From Octopus bimaculoides (Eukaryota): a stretch of DNA of 64,000 nt. The stretch lies in assembly GCF_001194135.2 (NCBI RefSeq), contig NC_068981.1, forward strand, positions 125,133,778 to 125,197,777, read 5' to 3'. The notes below the pieces were generated by a model, which was not told the origin of the DNA, did not search any database, and saw nothing but the letters and a program-made list of their open reading frames with translations. A program made the position numbers and the translations under genes. Shown in pieces: positions 36,716-51,351 of the stretch; position 1 is the stretch's first letter, and each line of letters begins with the position of its first letter.

Positions 36716-38741
36716 TTAAACTAATACCCAGAAGCTGTGAACTTAAGATGTGAATTCACAAACTTATGAGTTAAAACCCTGCTGCAATATTGTTGTTTAA
36801 CCTAGAAAAATTGATCAAAGGTAGTCTTATCATTACCATCTCATCTATTAGTGTATACCTAACACATAGTGTATATCTAAAAGTTAGATAATTCAAAGAG
36901 TCTCTTTTGAAGATGGTAAGGTGTGAATGAGGGAGAATCAAACTGCCTTTTCTGGCATACAGGCTTCTTCACTGTTAATTGATCTAATATTATTTTATTG
37001 GAAATGAAACAAGTGTTTAGATAAAGATCATGGTGTAACATGAGGTAGACAATATGTCTGGCTGACAACCAGTTTCATTCTGATAGCACTACTGATCGTT
37101 ATTGTTTTCAGTATTTTGTACATTTTGAGGAGACAAGCAATAGCAATAAAGAAGTATTGTTGAGCCAATGCAGTGTGGTTAATGTTCAGTTTGAATTGTT
37201 TCAGGTTTATTAATGGGCAGAGAAATGTGAATCACAAGGAGACAGAGGCATGAGTTGGGCAAAGTATTTACTCAAAATCTGAGAATTAGATACAGTTTAT
37301 GGCAGTGTTTGGAGGCAGGGTGCATTTGAGATGGAGAAATAATTCTGGGAAGGAGTTTCAGTAATCTGTCTAAGGTTAAGTTAGAGTATTTAGTAAGGCT
37401 CTGACAGGTGAGTCATGGTAGAGCTAACATAAGGAGTATAGGTAAAGAAATCTATAAAAGATGAAGATTAGAATGCATGTAACATTAGTGCTTTTATAAG
37501 GGACATTAGGAATATGGAGTGAAATGAATTATCTTCAACAAGGGTTTGAAACTTGGGACTTTCTAAAAGTGTGAGAAAGATTAAATATGTGGGGTATCCC
37601 TAGTGGTCAGCTGTCATTGGCGAGACAATCTCTTCTCCATTAAGTTAAATTGAGACAGATTTGTAAGTTTGAAGTATAAGTCAAAAAGCAAAGAAGAAGG
37701 CATGCATAATTAATATTTCTTTTTCTTAAGGTGGCAAGCCGGCAGAATTGCTAGCATGCCAGGTAAAATGCTTAGCAGTATTTCATCTGACTTTATGTTC
37801 TGAGTTCAAACTCTGCTGAGGTCAACTTTGCCTTTCATTTTTTCAGGGTCGATAAAATAACTACCAGTTGAACACTGGGCTCAATGTAATCAACTTACCC
37901 ACTAGCCCAAAATTACTGGCCTTGTGCCAAAATTTGAAATCAATATTTCTTTTCCTCACACATTATAAATATCTTAACATTTCAAGTAAAACCTAACTCT
38001 ACAATTTCATATGTGTGTATGTGTTTCTGAGATCCTTTTGCATGAATTCTCTACTTTAACCAGTCCTTTTCTTTGAATATTCACATGCTACAATGTATGT
38101 TATCTCCCCTGTAGCAGTGTTTCCATTCCCAAAGTGGTCGTATGCAATCTCAAGTAACTGCTAAAAGATAATTGTTATTTTGTTTAAATTCACACTATGC
38201 TACCATGGAGCTGTTTTGGCATTGAACAGTCATTGTTTTCTAGCCTGTTATGTGCTTCATCAATTCCACAAGTTAATCATTGTCATAGATAAAGGAAGCA
38301 ACATTGATTTAATAATCTATACTGAAGTATTCAGATGCTGAAAATTTTGTTTCAATATATGATGTGTTAGTTGCTCATCAACAGCACTGCATTTACAACT
38401 GCATCTCACTACCTGCCTATGGCTAACCATGCTTAAATCTGATTATTTATTGACTGAAAGTCATAAATAACATAGAAGGAATGCAAGCAAGATATAGATG
38501 TGCAAAGTCTGTCTGTCTATCTGTGTCTCTGTATCTATTTAGACTTGCTTAATTTCTGATAGAACAATATTAGATCAATAAACAAAGGAGCCTCTTTGTA
38601 GTCACTTAATCTGTTGAATAAAGACACATTGGATAATGAAGTCTTAGCTATAAACTTTATCTAAATAACAAATGGGATAGTCATGGCCAGAACACCTTTC
38701 ATTCATTAGGACTGACCTTCCTAGGGTGGAATAACAACAAA

Positions 38742-38780
<39 letters not shown>

Positions 38781-39561
38781 TGTGTGTGCATGCAAGTGTA
38801 TGTATCTTTCGCTAAAGTACATGAGCAAAGAATACATATGTAAACAAGAAATGTGAAGAAGTATTGCTTTACAAATGAAATCTCTTGTGATAGTTGTTCT
38901 GAAATGAATAACAGACACTTCTTTACCACTCATGCTGTCAGAAATGAAAACAGTTAGTGGCCTACTGGAAACCCCGAACCTATATTCCTGCTGTTCATCA
39001 ACTACAATATAAAATAAACAAAAATAAATAAATATGAAATCCCAAACTTGTGGTTTCAAGTTCAGTCTCATTGCATGACACCCTGGGCAAGTGTCTTCTG
39101 CTATAGTTTCAACCAAGCAAAGCCTTGTGAAAAGGAAACTGAAAGAAGCCCACTGAGTATGTGTGTGCATGCATATGTTTATGAATGTATAAATGGCATG
39201 TACATGAATGTGTCTCCAAGTGTGTGTGTTGTGTGTGTGCGTGTGTGTGTGCATGTGTGTGTTTCTTTGTTTTGACACCACCTGATAGCTGTAAATGAAT
39301 GTCACAGTCATACAAGTGGTGTCATTCATTTCCAATCTTTGGTGGAAACTTATTCAGCCATGGGGAAATATTATTACCTTGCTGCTGGGAAACAGGTGAG
39401 GAGTGATGACAAAAACTGCGTCCACCCAGAGAAAATCTACCTAAACAAATTCCATCTAACCCATGCAAGCATGGAAAACTGGATGTTAAAATGATAATGA
39501 TGATGATGACAACGGTGACATAGAAAACAAACTGCAATGAAAATGAATTGTATAAACTTAC

Positions 39562-39730
39562 TTAGCTAGTTTGTTGTCAATGTATGTTCTGCCCCATGGA
39601 TGTCTGTAAAGTTGCATTTTATGAGAGATCCAAAGAACAATGGTACCTTCGAGGGTGGTCTTCTGGGCACACACACCACTTTCTTTCCCTTTGCAGTAGT
39701 AACATTTTCCATAAAAGCAAGTGTTGTTAT
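39562..39730 (-). CDS. FAM20B: FAM20B-like internal coding exon (169 bp), Cys-rich insertion domain
   Basis: ttttccag|AT AAC AAC ACT TGC...CTA GCT AA|gtaagt. Encodes (D)NNTCFYGKCYYCKGKESGVCAQKTTLEGTIVLWISHKMQLYRHPWGRTYIDNKLA(K). CFYGKCYYC and RHPWGRTY are FAM20B signatures. The phase fits both neighbouring exons. Confidence 0.95.
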
Positions 39731-40262
39731 CTGGAAAAGAAAAAGATCAGTAAATAAATGCTTACTGTCTTGTACATTAATATAGTATACTAGACATGGG
39801 TATGGCTGTGTCGTAAAAAGTTTGCTTCCCAATCACATAATTCTGGATTCAGTCCTACTGCATGACACCTAAGACAAATGTCTTCTAATATAGCCCCGAG
39901 CTACCAAAGCCTTGTGTGTGGATTTGTTGGATGGAAACAGAAAAAAGCCCACTGTATGTACATACATATGTACATACATACATACATACATATGTACGTA
40001 TGTACATACATACATACATATGTACATACATACATACATGACACGTCCCATGCCAGTGACACATAAAAAACATCCAGTACACTGTGTGGAGTGGTTGGCA
40101 TTAGGAAGGGCACCCAACAGTAGAAACCAAGCTAAAACAGACTGGAGTCTGGTGCAGCTTTTCAACTTAGCAGTCCAGTCAAACTATCTTACCCATGCCA
40201 GCATGGGGAACAGATCCTAAAGAAGAAAAAGAAAGAAGGAAATATATATTTATGTTCACGGG

Positions 40263-40295
<33 letters not shown>

Positions 40296-41164
40296 TTCTT
40301 TGTGTTTGACCCCACCACTGCTTGAAACCAGTGTTGGTTTGTGTACATCTCTGTGGCTTAGCAGTTTGGCATAAGAAACCAATAAAATAAGTAACAGGCT
40401 TTAAAAAAATAGGAACTTGATTCAACTCATTCAACTAAAGCCCTTCCAGGTGGTGCCCCAGCATGTTTGCAGTTCAATGTCTAAAACAAGTAAAAGATCG
40501 GAAAGACTGGTAATCACTACTGCATCATAAACTGTTCAGTTATACCCGGATCCATTTATCATGCTCATATTTTTATATTTTAAACTTAGTGTTTGAGTAA
40601 TATTCAATATTTATTAAGTATAATGGCTATGATGTTAAGATACTGGATAACTGAATGAATGTTCATGAATTCAAACCTTACTAATGCAGTCACTGTGTTA
40701 TGGTCCTGGATGTATAACATATTACATTTCTTGACATATCATTCAGCAAGTTCTATCATGCTTTATTACAGAAATTATTGGTAGTAAAAGTACTGAAATG
40801 TTAATATTTGAACATACTAATTATTTAAACATGGAATCAAGATCAAGATATGCTAGAGTGTCATATACAAGCTATGATAAGTGGTGCTTAATATTTCCCA
40901 GACATATCCCTGACATTTAACATTTAAAATACAATTGTTATTACTTACTTAGGTAAATAATTCAATGAGAGAGCTGAAAACAGTGCTGGTTCAAAAAAAT
41001 GTTGGAAAAATTACTGGTGTAAGCAACAAAAGCAAGAGATATACAGCCCTATTGCAAATGTCAGTTTGTTATGTTAAGCTGAGTAGTAAAATATAAGAAG
41101 CGCCAAGACAAACCAATAGGGTGATCTCAATAATGTTTGGATAAACTATGTATCATGATGGGTA

Positions 41165-41320
41165 GGTAGAGAGAGAGAGAGAGAGAGAGAAGGAGAGAGA
41201 GAGAGAGAGAGAGAGAAGGAGAGGGAGAGAGAGAGAGAGAGAGAAGGAGAGGGGGAGAGAGAGAGAGAGAGAGAAGGAGAGAGAGACAGACAGACAGACA
41301 GAGAGGCAAACAAACAGACA
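41165..41320. repeat. (GA)n/GAAG/GACA purine tract
   Basis: Directly visible homopurine mirror repeat. Confidence 0.95.
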
Positions 41321-42919
41321 ACTATTTGTGAATATAGTGGTGCAAAGGAGATATCGGATTTATTTTGATGAAAAGCTTACTGAAAATGTTGCTAATGATT
41401 TGTCCAAAACAACTAGAGGGCAAGTGTTTCAGCAAAGTATGAATGATAATAATGAATAATGTGAGGCATACAAAGAAGTTGACCAGTGTGAAATGAACTA
41501 GATTTGTGCTTCAACATCAGGATTCTTTGAAGCCCTTTATAAATATTTCTCTATTTGTGATTGGTCACAGATATTGTGAGTTTCATAAACATAGTCAAGG
41601 AGACTAAAGAACCGAAGAGGAATTAATACAAAAGAAATTCAATGAAGACCTGTACTCTCTATGTCCTCAAACCAAGAGTACTGAAACCGCTACACATGGG
41701 AAGTATGTAATTTGAATCATGTGTGAACTTACAACTAGAGATTACACTGAATTTTAAGAGTTGAGATTTCATGTGAAGTAGAGCCAAGAGTTGCTGATGC
41801 TTATCACTTAACCACAATGAAGAAATTTTCTTTATGTTAAATATATGGTTATAAATTTGCATTAAAGGGAAATGTTGACTGAGAAGGAAATGCAAACTAT
41901 GATACAAAAAGAACCATTTTTGATCTGTTTATAAATTAAAAAAAAACAACAAAATAACAAACATGTTAGATAAAAAAGCTGTAATATTGCAACAAATTTA
42001 TTTACATTACAGGATAACAGAAAAAAACACATTGAAGTAAGAATTTTAGACATTTATTGGTCAATACAAACTTCACAAAAGCCATCTGTCTGATAGACCA
42101 ACGATTGAGATCTTGTTTTTGATTTTGTTTTCTTGTTTTAAAGCACTCTAGAGACAGATCAGTGAGAAATTATGCCAATAATGGTGACAGTCTGCGATAA
42201 AAGTCATAGTCACATTGGAACTGATGCATTAAATATTAAACATATAATGGTAATTCAAATCCATTGTCCCTTGCAGACACCACTCTGCTAAAGAATTATA
42301 AGGCTTACGCTAAATTGAAAGCAAAGATATTTCTCCATTAGTAGTTACTGAATTATGGAAAATGATTGAGCAAGGCTTACTAAAGCATATTCTACCAGGT
42401 AGTAGCTAGTAGATATCCTCTATTGTAGTTGTACAAATACTAAATGGAGATTAATATTTCTGTGGTGATTTTTCAGTAGTCTTTAATTGCAATATATAAA
42501 TAATGAAAATTTCACTCATTAGCAGGAATTAAATTATTTGCAAAATTTGATTGGTAAGGTGCTTACTATCAAATTCCAATAGGTGATGATCTTTAAAGAA
42601 ATACCAATACCCAACTGGTTTGTAGAAGTTGACAAGAATGTATTATGGGATAAAAACAGCAAGAGCCATTTTTCAACATGTAATAGAAAAGACCTTGGGG
42701 GATGATATAAAGAAACAAAATAATTATCAGGATGAGAAATGCTGAAGGCAACTACCAAGGAGAAATTGAAACTGAAGACCAAAGTTAATTATATTGGATC
42801 AACTGAGAGATGCGGGTATGACTATAAATTCAGACAACTGTACCTTTAACAGTAACTAGATATTATTTGGGGACATTTTTGTTTTGAAGGAAAGTGTTTC
42901 TCAAGACTAACATTTTGCA

Positions 42920-44310
42920 CATCATCATCATCATCATTTAATGTCTGTTTTCCATGCTGGCATGAGTTGGACAGTTTGATTGAAAACTGCTAAGCTGGGA
43001 AGCCACACCAGGTTCCAATCTAATATGGCATGGTTTCTACACCTGAATGTTCTTCCTAACACCAACCACTCCAAGAGTGTAGTGGATGCTTTAATGTGCC
43101 ACTGGCACAAGTGCCAGTTACTTGACCATGGCTGTGATCTCACTTGGCTTGACAGGTCTTCTCAAGTGCAGTATATTACCAAAGGTCTCAGTCACCTGTC
43201 ACTGCCTCCATGAGGCTCAATGTTCAAATGGTACTTTTTACGTGCCACCAGCATGGGTACCAATTACATGACACTAGCATCAGTCATGACTATGATTTCA
43301 CTTGGCTTGATGAGCTTTTTCAAGCATGGCAAAGATCTCGGTCACTTGTCATTGCCTCCACGAGACCCAATGTTAAAAGATCATGCTTTACCACCTTGTC
43401 CTATGTCTTCTTGGGTCTACTTCTTCTACAGATTTCCTCCACCATTAGAGTTCGGCACTTCTTCATACACCTGTCCTCATCCATATGCATCACATGACCA
43501 TATCAGTGCAGTCGTCTCTCTTGCACACCACATCTGACGCCTCTTTTGCCCAACTTTTCTCTCAAGATGCTTACACTCTGTTGAGCATGCACACTGACAT
43601 TACACATCCAGCAAAACATACTAGTTTCATTTCTTTCAAGCCTATGCATGTTCTCAGCAGTCACAGCCCATGTTTCACTGCCATGTAGTATAACTATTTG
43701 CACACAGACATCATACAATCTACTTCCATTCTGAGAGCCTTTGTTACCAACAGGTAACAAAGAGGTAGAAGCTCTCTGAACGTTCCCCAGCCTACTCTTA
43801 TTCTAGCAGCTACACTCTTGGAGCATCCACCCCCACTATTGATTTGATCACCTAGGCAACAGAAAATTTGATGGATTCTATTTTCTGTACATTTGTAGGG
43901 TTAATTGAACCTGTGCACCTTCCACACACAGAAACTGTTTTTCCTGTCAATTTTCCTCTGATATTCCTGCACCTCTTATGTGTCCATAGCTTACACCAGG
44001 TACGTCTTATGGAGTTTCTACCCACACCTTCTCTACAGATTGAGCAGGACTATCTACCTAAAGGGATTTATGATTTGTCTGCTCTCCTACTTACTAAGAC
44101 TCTGATTTTTGATAGATTAACTTTAAAGTCCTTTGATTCTAGACTCTACTTCTATGTCTGAAATTTCTTCTCTAGTTCTGGTAAGGATTCAGCTATAAGA
44201 ACAAGGTCATCAGCATAGAGGAGCTCCCAGAGGCAGCCCATCTTAAATTACTTTGTTATTGCCTGGAAGACTATGATGAACAAGAGACTTTCATCACCTG
44301 GTCCAGCAAT
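42920..44310 (-). mobile_element. 5'-truncated RTE-type LINE (RT core through 3' UTR and (GAT)n tail)
   Basis: LLFIIVFQAIT..WELLYADDLVLIAES (YADD at 44206-44217), then ILHGSETWAVT...LERNE...ILREKLG.RGVRCGVQERRLH*YGHV. The 3' UTR is shared with 2239, 58330-58800 and 63158. Confidence 0.85.
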
Positions 44311-44589
44311 TTGATACCTCTGCAATTATTCCTGTCTAAGATGTCACCTTTTGCAATTATTCCTGTCTAAGATGTCACCTTTTCCTTTGTAACAGTTGAC
44401 TATAATGCTGCTACACCAATTGTTAGGTGTGACTCTCTCATGGACAACCTGATTATCTATATGGGTGACTAGACTATATCTTACTCTGCCAGATACTTTT
44501 AGCATCTCAGTGGGCCAGGGGCTTTCCTTGTCTTCATATTCTTGATTGCTTTTGCCACCTAAATTAGAATCATTTTTAAGAATGGTGAA

Positions 44590-45760
44590 AGTTTATGGTC
44601 CATATTTGTAAAAATATTCTAAAACAGTCAACTCCTTTGTGAAATTGCACAAGAAAAGTGTCAAATTCAATGTTCAGAAAAAGGTATTCAAGAATTAAGA
44701 AAGTGCACTCATGGAGTATCCTGTTGTGTGGTTATTTGATGCCAACTAGGACAACACATTGACTACTGATATTAGTGAGCATTCTTTATAATTAACTATA
44801 TTGCAGGATAACCACCGAGTGCTATATTTATCAAACAGAGTAATTTCTGCTAAATCAAATTATTTGAATATTGAGAGAGATTCTTTAGAAAAATGGGTGG
44901 ATGACAAATCATGCCTATCATTTTTACAAAGTAGAAAATTCCTACTTAAACTCAGTCATAAACCTTTTGAATTCATCTTTAACCCATGTCCTGAACGTCT
45001 TACAATTACATCTTCAAGGATACTGAAGTGAGCCATTCAGCTCATGGTATTTGATTTTGATACTGCATATGTTGAAGGAAATGCTTCAGTCACTGCATTT
45101 TTATAGTTATATTTTAGATTGCAACCGAAAAACATCAGTTTGGATGATGATGAAGATACATTAGATAGGAACTGATGAGTACGTCTTGGTCAACTAGCTT
45201 CAGTAATGCTGCATGATTGGCCACTGGATAAAATCATTTCCAAAAGAAAAAAATGTCTGGAAAATCCTATAAGCCTGTTCAACATACATTAACTCTAGAA
45301 ATGGTATCCTTTGCAAAAGTGACTTTAATGTTACCCAACAAGGATTTATGAAGCAAATAATTATTAAAAGTGTTCCCAATGATATCCATTGTGACACTAT
45401 GGAATTACTACATGCAATCCCTCTATGTTTGAAACATGCCAATTAGGCTATTCATACAATGTTCGGGAACTACATGCATAAATGTTCCAAATATGCAAAG
45501 ATAAAGATTTTTTGAAAATAGGCTTCATTCAGGGACTAATGATTTTTATACAGATATATCATACCCATATTAATAGTATTGAATTGATTTTTGTACTTGT
45601 AGATTCCCTTACAGGATGGCTAGAAGAAATTTGTACACCTGATTAGAAGAGTTCAATACAAAACAGGCTAGATTCTCTTTCTTGGTCAATGTTCCCTTGA
45701 TAGTCTCTGTCCCTGACTACAGAAAATTGACTACATTCCTTGCAAAACACAGACATCATC
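44590..45760 (+). mobile_element. Ty3/Gypsy LTR-retrotransposon pol remnant (RNase H, partial integrase)
   Basis: LQDNHRVLYLSNRVISAKSNYLNIERDSL...FLQSRKFLLKLSHKPFEFIFNP...SSRILK*AIQLMVFDFDTAYVEG matches the Gypsy RNase H pattern (PVxYxSR...NYSxIERE...GRKFxLxxDHKPL...RLxRWAxxL). Heavily decayed, and no LTRs were seen. Confidence 0.72.
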
Positions 45761-48700
45761 TCCAATCAAATGGGTTCACAGAGTGGATGGTTTAGCAATT
45801 AAAATGGGCTTAAAGGCATTTACTCACCAAAGAGAAAAGTTTGAATTGTTTTACCTTAATTATTGTTTAGTTATTTTATGATTCCCCTGTTTTTCTGCTT
45901 TGGTAACATGTCAGAACCATGTTTCCTTAAGTATATCCTATTCCTCAAATCAGCAGACGTGATATAAAAAAAATAATGATTTAATATAAGAAATGGAAAA
46001 TTCTTTGATGCTAGCTGGAACCAATACAGCTATCAATCATTAGAACTTCAGCTTATGGAGACCAAATCAGGCCTAATCTCAAAATACTTGATACTATCAA
46101 GGTTGATGGTAAAAGTGGTGACAATGACCATTTTAGTAGTGGTGCACCTCCAGGTATGAGATGCACTTGTACAAGTGATGTGAAATAACAAATGGAACAA
46201 GAGAATCAAACCTGCAATAATAGAATCCATAGGAGTACTTAGCCTAGCCAGCCTTTACTTTAAAGGGAGATGTGAAAATGATAGAGTTATAGTAAGGTCT
46301 GAAACTAATGAAATGAATATTATATATTGTGAATACTGCATGCTGTAAATATGTCTTTGATATGTTAATATTGGTGCGTAATATTTATTTATTTGCAAAT
46401 GATTACATATGTTTCAGGCAATCATTAGTTTCATGGCTATTTCTAACCTGCCAGGTGATTAGGATTTCTGAATGTAAAGGTTCTCATGTAAACATGACAA
46501 AGATCATATGGAAAATCTACAATATTTACAAGAAAGTCAATGCTTATTAGAATTTGCTTCCAGTTTATTTAATATGAATAGAATAGATTGCCAATATATT
46601 TAGAAAATTTGTAAATAACTTGTTAAAATATAATAATCTTGTCATCAATTTCACTCCACAAGCTGCTAACACCCTTTTGCTATAAAGGAATGGAATATTT
46701 AACATATTATTAGGAATTAAAGTATTCATTAATCTATGCAGAAGATAAGTCTTTGTTAGAAAATGAAAGGAGAATCAAAGTAAGTTATTTGCAATAATCT
46801 TAGCATCGCAATTTCTCTAGCGCTGAATATGACAGCTTTAACAATAGCGATATATTAAATCAAATAGCAATGTATAGCATGTGTTTAGTAACATTCCAGG
46901 TTTAGTAATGGAGAGTTTGAATAACAGAAATAGATAGTTCAAGCAGGCCATTAATACAACAGTTGGTGGCATAACGATAAAATAAAGAAGCCAGCATTCA
47001 TAAAAGTGAAAGTGCTAAAACTGATAATAGAAACTGAGCAGGGTTACTTTGCTTTCAATTAAACAAGTATCAACTAGTCGATTGAATAAATATAACTTTC
47101 AGAAAAATAAACAGTCAGTTTTAGATATATATTATAAGAATCAATCTGAGTCACAAAAGAGAGAAGTTCAGTATCTTTGATTGGTGAAAAGAATATATCA
47201 CTTTACATTGAAAGGTATTAATTCTAAGATATAAATAGCTGTCATTGTTATTTATATTATCTCTTACCTATGCTGGCATAGCCTGAACATGACTTATTAA
47301 GATGGAGTTCAAAGCAGAATTACCTTTGTTACCAACTCTTTTGTCTTTTTCAAGTGAATTATTTATTTTATTTGATTGGTCTTCACTTGTTAAAACCTAT
47401 TAAACCACTGAACTGTGGGATATATCATTGAAACAGTGTCAATGAAAAGACATATAGGAGCAAATACACACATACACAGAAGCTTCCCTACAACTTCTGT
47501 CAACAAAATTTTACTCCTAAATTCTAAACCTGAAATAACTACACATTAAAAACTCTAGGAAACAGACAGACAATACTCCAATATGACCTCAGCCATAAAA
47601 TAAACTGAAAAACAGAGTCAGTAGAAAGTGACTTAAAAAACCCCATAAAAATTACTGGTCCTCAAAATATGTAGGTTAATCATTTGATAAAACTTTTGAT
47701 AGATCATATACAACTATATACTGATTCTATATTCTGTTTAAGAAACTTCACCATTTAATAGTTAAATATGGTTGTAAACAGCCAATACCATTCTTATTGA
47801 TGTAAAATAAAAAAAAAGTTTCCTTTTGAGGGTTTTCCCTGCAATATGCTGCAGTGGCACAATACTAATGCATTGATTTCTCTTTTGTTTTTATTCTATT
47901 GTACATGGAAGATATCAACAATTACAATAATCCCTACCTCTCTGATAGCTGGTAAAAGTTACTTTACTAACAATAATGATTTTTCTTTTCTGACATTGGG
48001 CCAAAGCCAGAAATTTGTAACGAAGGTAATGAAAGTAATCAATTGTATTGAATATACATCAACACAGTATTTACTTTATCAATCTCTGTGGAATGATAAG
48101 TAAAAATGAAACCCAGTGAGATTTGAACTCAGAAAGTATTGTGTGATAGAACTTAATACTACAAGTAATTACTCCCCACCACCCTCTCTTACCACCAACT
48201 CTCATTTATCTAACAATGATTTCTAACAAGAAAGGTCACACATTTTGGGAGAGGGTACAATCAATTAAATCAAGCCCATTAAAAGACTAGTACTTTAATT
48301 GATCATAGTAGAATTGAACTCACTCCAATAATAATAATAATTTCTTTCATTGCTTTATAGCTGCAAAGTTTCAGGGAGTGTGGTGGTACACTAGGGTGGG
48401 GTATGAATGATTAAATTGATGCCAGTAAAAAATTAGTAATTACTTTATCACCAAATATATGCTTCAGACTAACACTGTATGCTGACTTTGATAAATACAG
48501 AAATATATTTAGTCTAGTATTGTAGTGTTTCTATCTTTCCATTGCCTTTAATCTGATAAGATCCTCATTTAGTCTGGATAACAAAAATTTGGTTGCTTAG
48601 TCAAGTGGACATCTGACTCATTAAATTAACTTGTAGTATTCCCAAGACACATGCACCCTTAACAGAGCTCCTAAACCAAATCAGTGTAACACAGTACGTG

Positions 48701-51351
48701 ACAAGATGGGACTTTTGAATTACATATATAATCCCTCTGATTGACTTCCATACTGTTTCTATCTACCCATTTTCACTCACAAGACTTGGATCAATAATTA
48801 TGGTAAAGACATTTATGTACGATGCCAATCAGTAGGATCGAACCTGAAAACTCATGATTGCAAAGTGAACTTCTTAATCACTCAACCAAGACTGTATTTA
48901 CACTCTTAGTTCAAGAACAACATCAATAACAGTGAAGATGGAGAGATGGATGTTGATTACTGTTGTTGCTTAGCACAGGCTAGTATTGATTGAACAAACC
49001 TATGATTAAAGTTTATTTCTGTCATCTCATCTTTTTGTATATCATGAACTAATGTGTAAGAGGTAGATAGGATGTTTAGGGAATAATGGCATGTTTGGTG
49101 GATGTGTTTGTCATGATCAAAAGGCAACAAGTCCTCTCTCATTGCTCACTTCTTGGTACCCCACTCTGACTTATGTGGCTTCAAGAAACAAGAGCATGAC
49201 AAGTAGATTAACCCAGGTGAGGATCAAATCCTCAATAAAAGCACATGCTACCTTACTATGGGAAGACTGCCTCTAGTGTATTCAATGGGGGAGATCAGGC
49301 CTGTCTCGAGTTGTCTGGTTTTTATCTTGACTCTTACTTAAGGTAGGCCTAAATGGGAGAGTAAAGCTGATGTGCAAATCTTCCTGACCTAAATCCAATT
49401 TACCCACAAATTATGATCCATTTTGTCCTCCTTTTCCTTTATGATGAAAGTAGTGTAATTTGAAGGAAATTGACTGCCTTTACAGTAGGCAAACACAAAG
49501 GTTCCTTCACTGACTCATGTTATTAATTTTTTTTCAAAGGTACCAGTCTACACTTAATTCAGAAAAGATGTGACAGACGTAACAAAACAATCTTTTTGAA
49601 TATTGGGTTGTTAGATAACTTCATTTGTTTTTTCTTTTTTTTTGTCATTATTTTAATCATTTCCAGTGTTATTTCAACTAACATGAAAAATATTTTTATC
49701 ATAATGTCTTATGGGTTCTTTGTAGCTCTATTCTTCCTCTACAAAGTTTTGTTTATCGTTCTTGGAATTAGAATAAACTTGACCTCTTTTCACACATGAT
49801 GGACAGCCAAGTAGAAAATAAATGAACAAATTTATCTGATAACCTTTTGAAAATTACCAATAGAGTAGTAGCTGTTCACATGCTCTCAGTAAAATGGATT
49901 TTAACTCTAAACTGCTTTCACATTAAAATTAGGCATGATTACATAACAAATTGTATCAACTGGTATTTAATGAAAGGTAAACTCAAACAATTCTAGTAAA
50001 ATATTACAAGGCATTTTGTCTAATACTCTGATAGTTCTGCTAATTCATTGTTCATGTGACACAATCCTAAAAATTGCTGTAAAGTTTGTGTATCTGAGAA
50101 AAAAAAATATTTGTTCTGATTCTAACAAAACAACTTCATCAAAAATGGTAAATATATTAATGGCATTAAACTAGTTCTATTAACCAGCATTCATATGAGA
50201 AAGCCCTCACTAAACTGGGGGAAACAAAAATTCACATGAGTACCACTTAAAATCAAAAAGTGAAAACTAAATGCTTGCTCTGCTTACATACAAAATTCAA
50301 TAATAATAATAATCATAAAAAATACAGGAAATGTTTTGCCAACTTTTTTTTTAGACTTCATTGTTCATAGCCAACTGATTTTTTTATTTCAAATATAAAG
50401 GAGAGGTATTAAAGTCTAAAAATTCATGGTTCCATTTAAAAGCTATAATTAAAATTACATTAGCAGAAACATCTAATGTCTTGTCATCTCAGCCAACAAA
50501 AGTTAATGACCAATAAAATGAAATAATGTTCAGCTGGAGAGAAACAAAATTTTATTTATTAATTTTGTTTTCAAGTTTTGAACATCCTTTTACAACACTA
50601 ATAAGCTACAATTAAGAATAATTTGTCTAACCAATAACAACAGGGAATTACTGAAAGACCCCCTCCCCCCCAAAAATATCACATACTCTTATTGTTAGAA
50701 TTGTTTAACAAGGGTGCAAGGGTGGCCTTTTGATAATGAAGTGTACTTAAGAGCTATATGATTTCAAGTTCATGACATGTTGGGCAAGAGTCTTCTGCCT
50801 TAGCCTCAAGTCAGCCAAGATCTTGTTAGTGAAACCTGGTAAATATAAACTGTGTGGAAGCCTGCCTGAAGGACCTTTCTTGTTCTTAGGTGGAAGACTT
50901 AGATTGTCACACAATTTAATACCATTACCTAACCCTAATGTACATTTAGTAAAAGTTCATATTTTTGCAAATATTTGAAGTAGGTCTGACAATAACTTCC
51001 TTACTTCTTCTCACCAGTCTCAGCAGCTCTGAAAATGGTCATGGGCATCGTTCTTCTTCCTGCAACCAAACTATTAAGGAAAAGGGAAGAAATTCTGAAT
51101 TGGCACAGGCATGGCTGTATGGTAAGAAGTTTGCTTCTCAACCACATGGTTTTGAGTCTACTCCTACTGTGTAGCACCTTGGTCAAGTGTCTTCTACTAT
51201 AACCTCAGGCCAACCAAAGCCTTGCGAGTGGATTTTGTAAACAGAAACTGAAAGAACCTTGTTGTGTGCGTATGGGCATGCATATAGAAGAATATATTAA
51301 TCAAAGGAATTCTAACTTTGATTTTCATGTTTTATTTACAATTTTTTAATA

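Noticed and set aside
41560-41710. Possible Helitron helicase traces (HKHSQG, THGKYV)
   Set aside because: The motifs are incomplete and wrongly spaced; likely chance.
50272-50298. tgcttgctc...acatacaaaatt resembling the U6 snRNA 5' end
   Set aside because: Too short and gapped, with no continuation into the U6 body.
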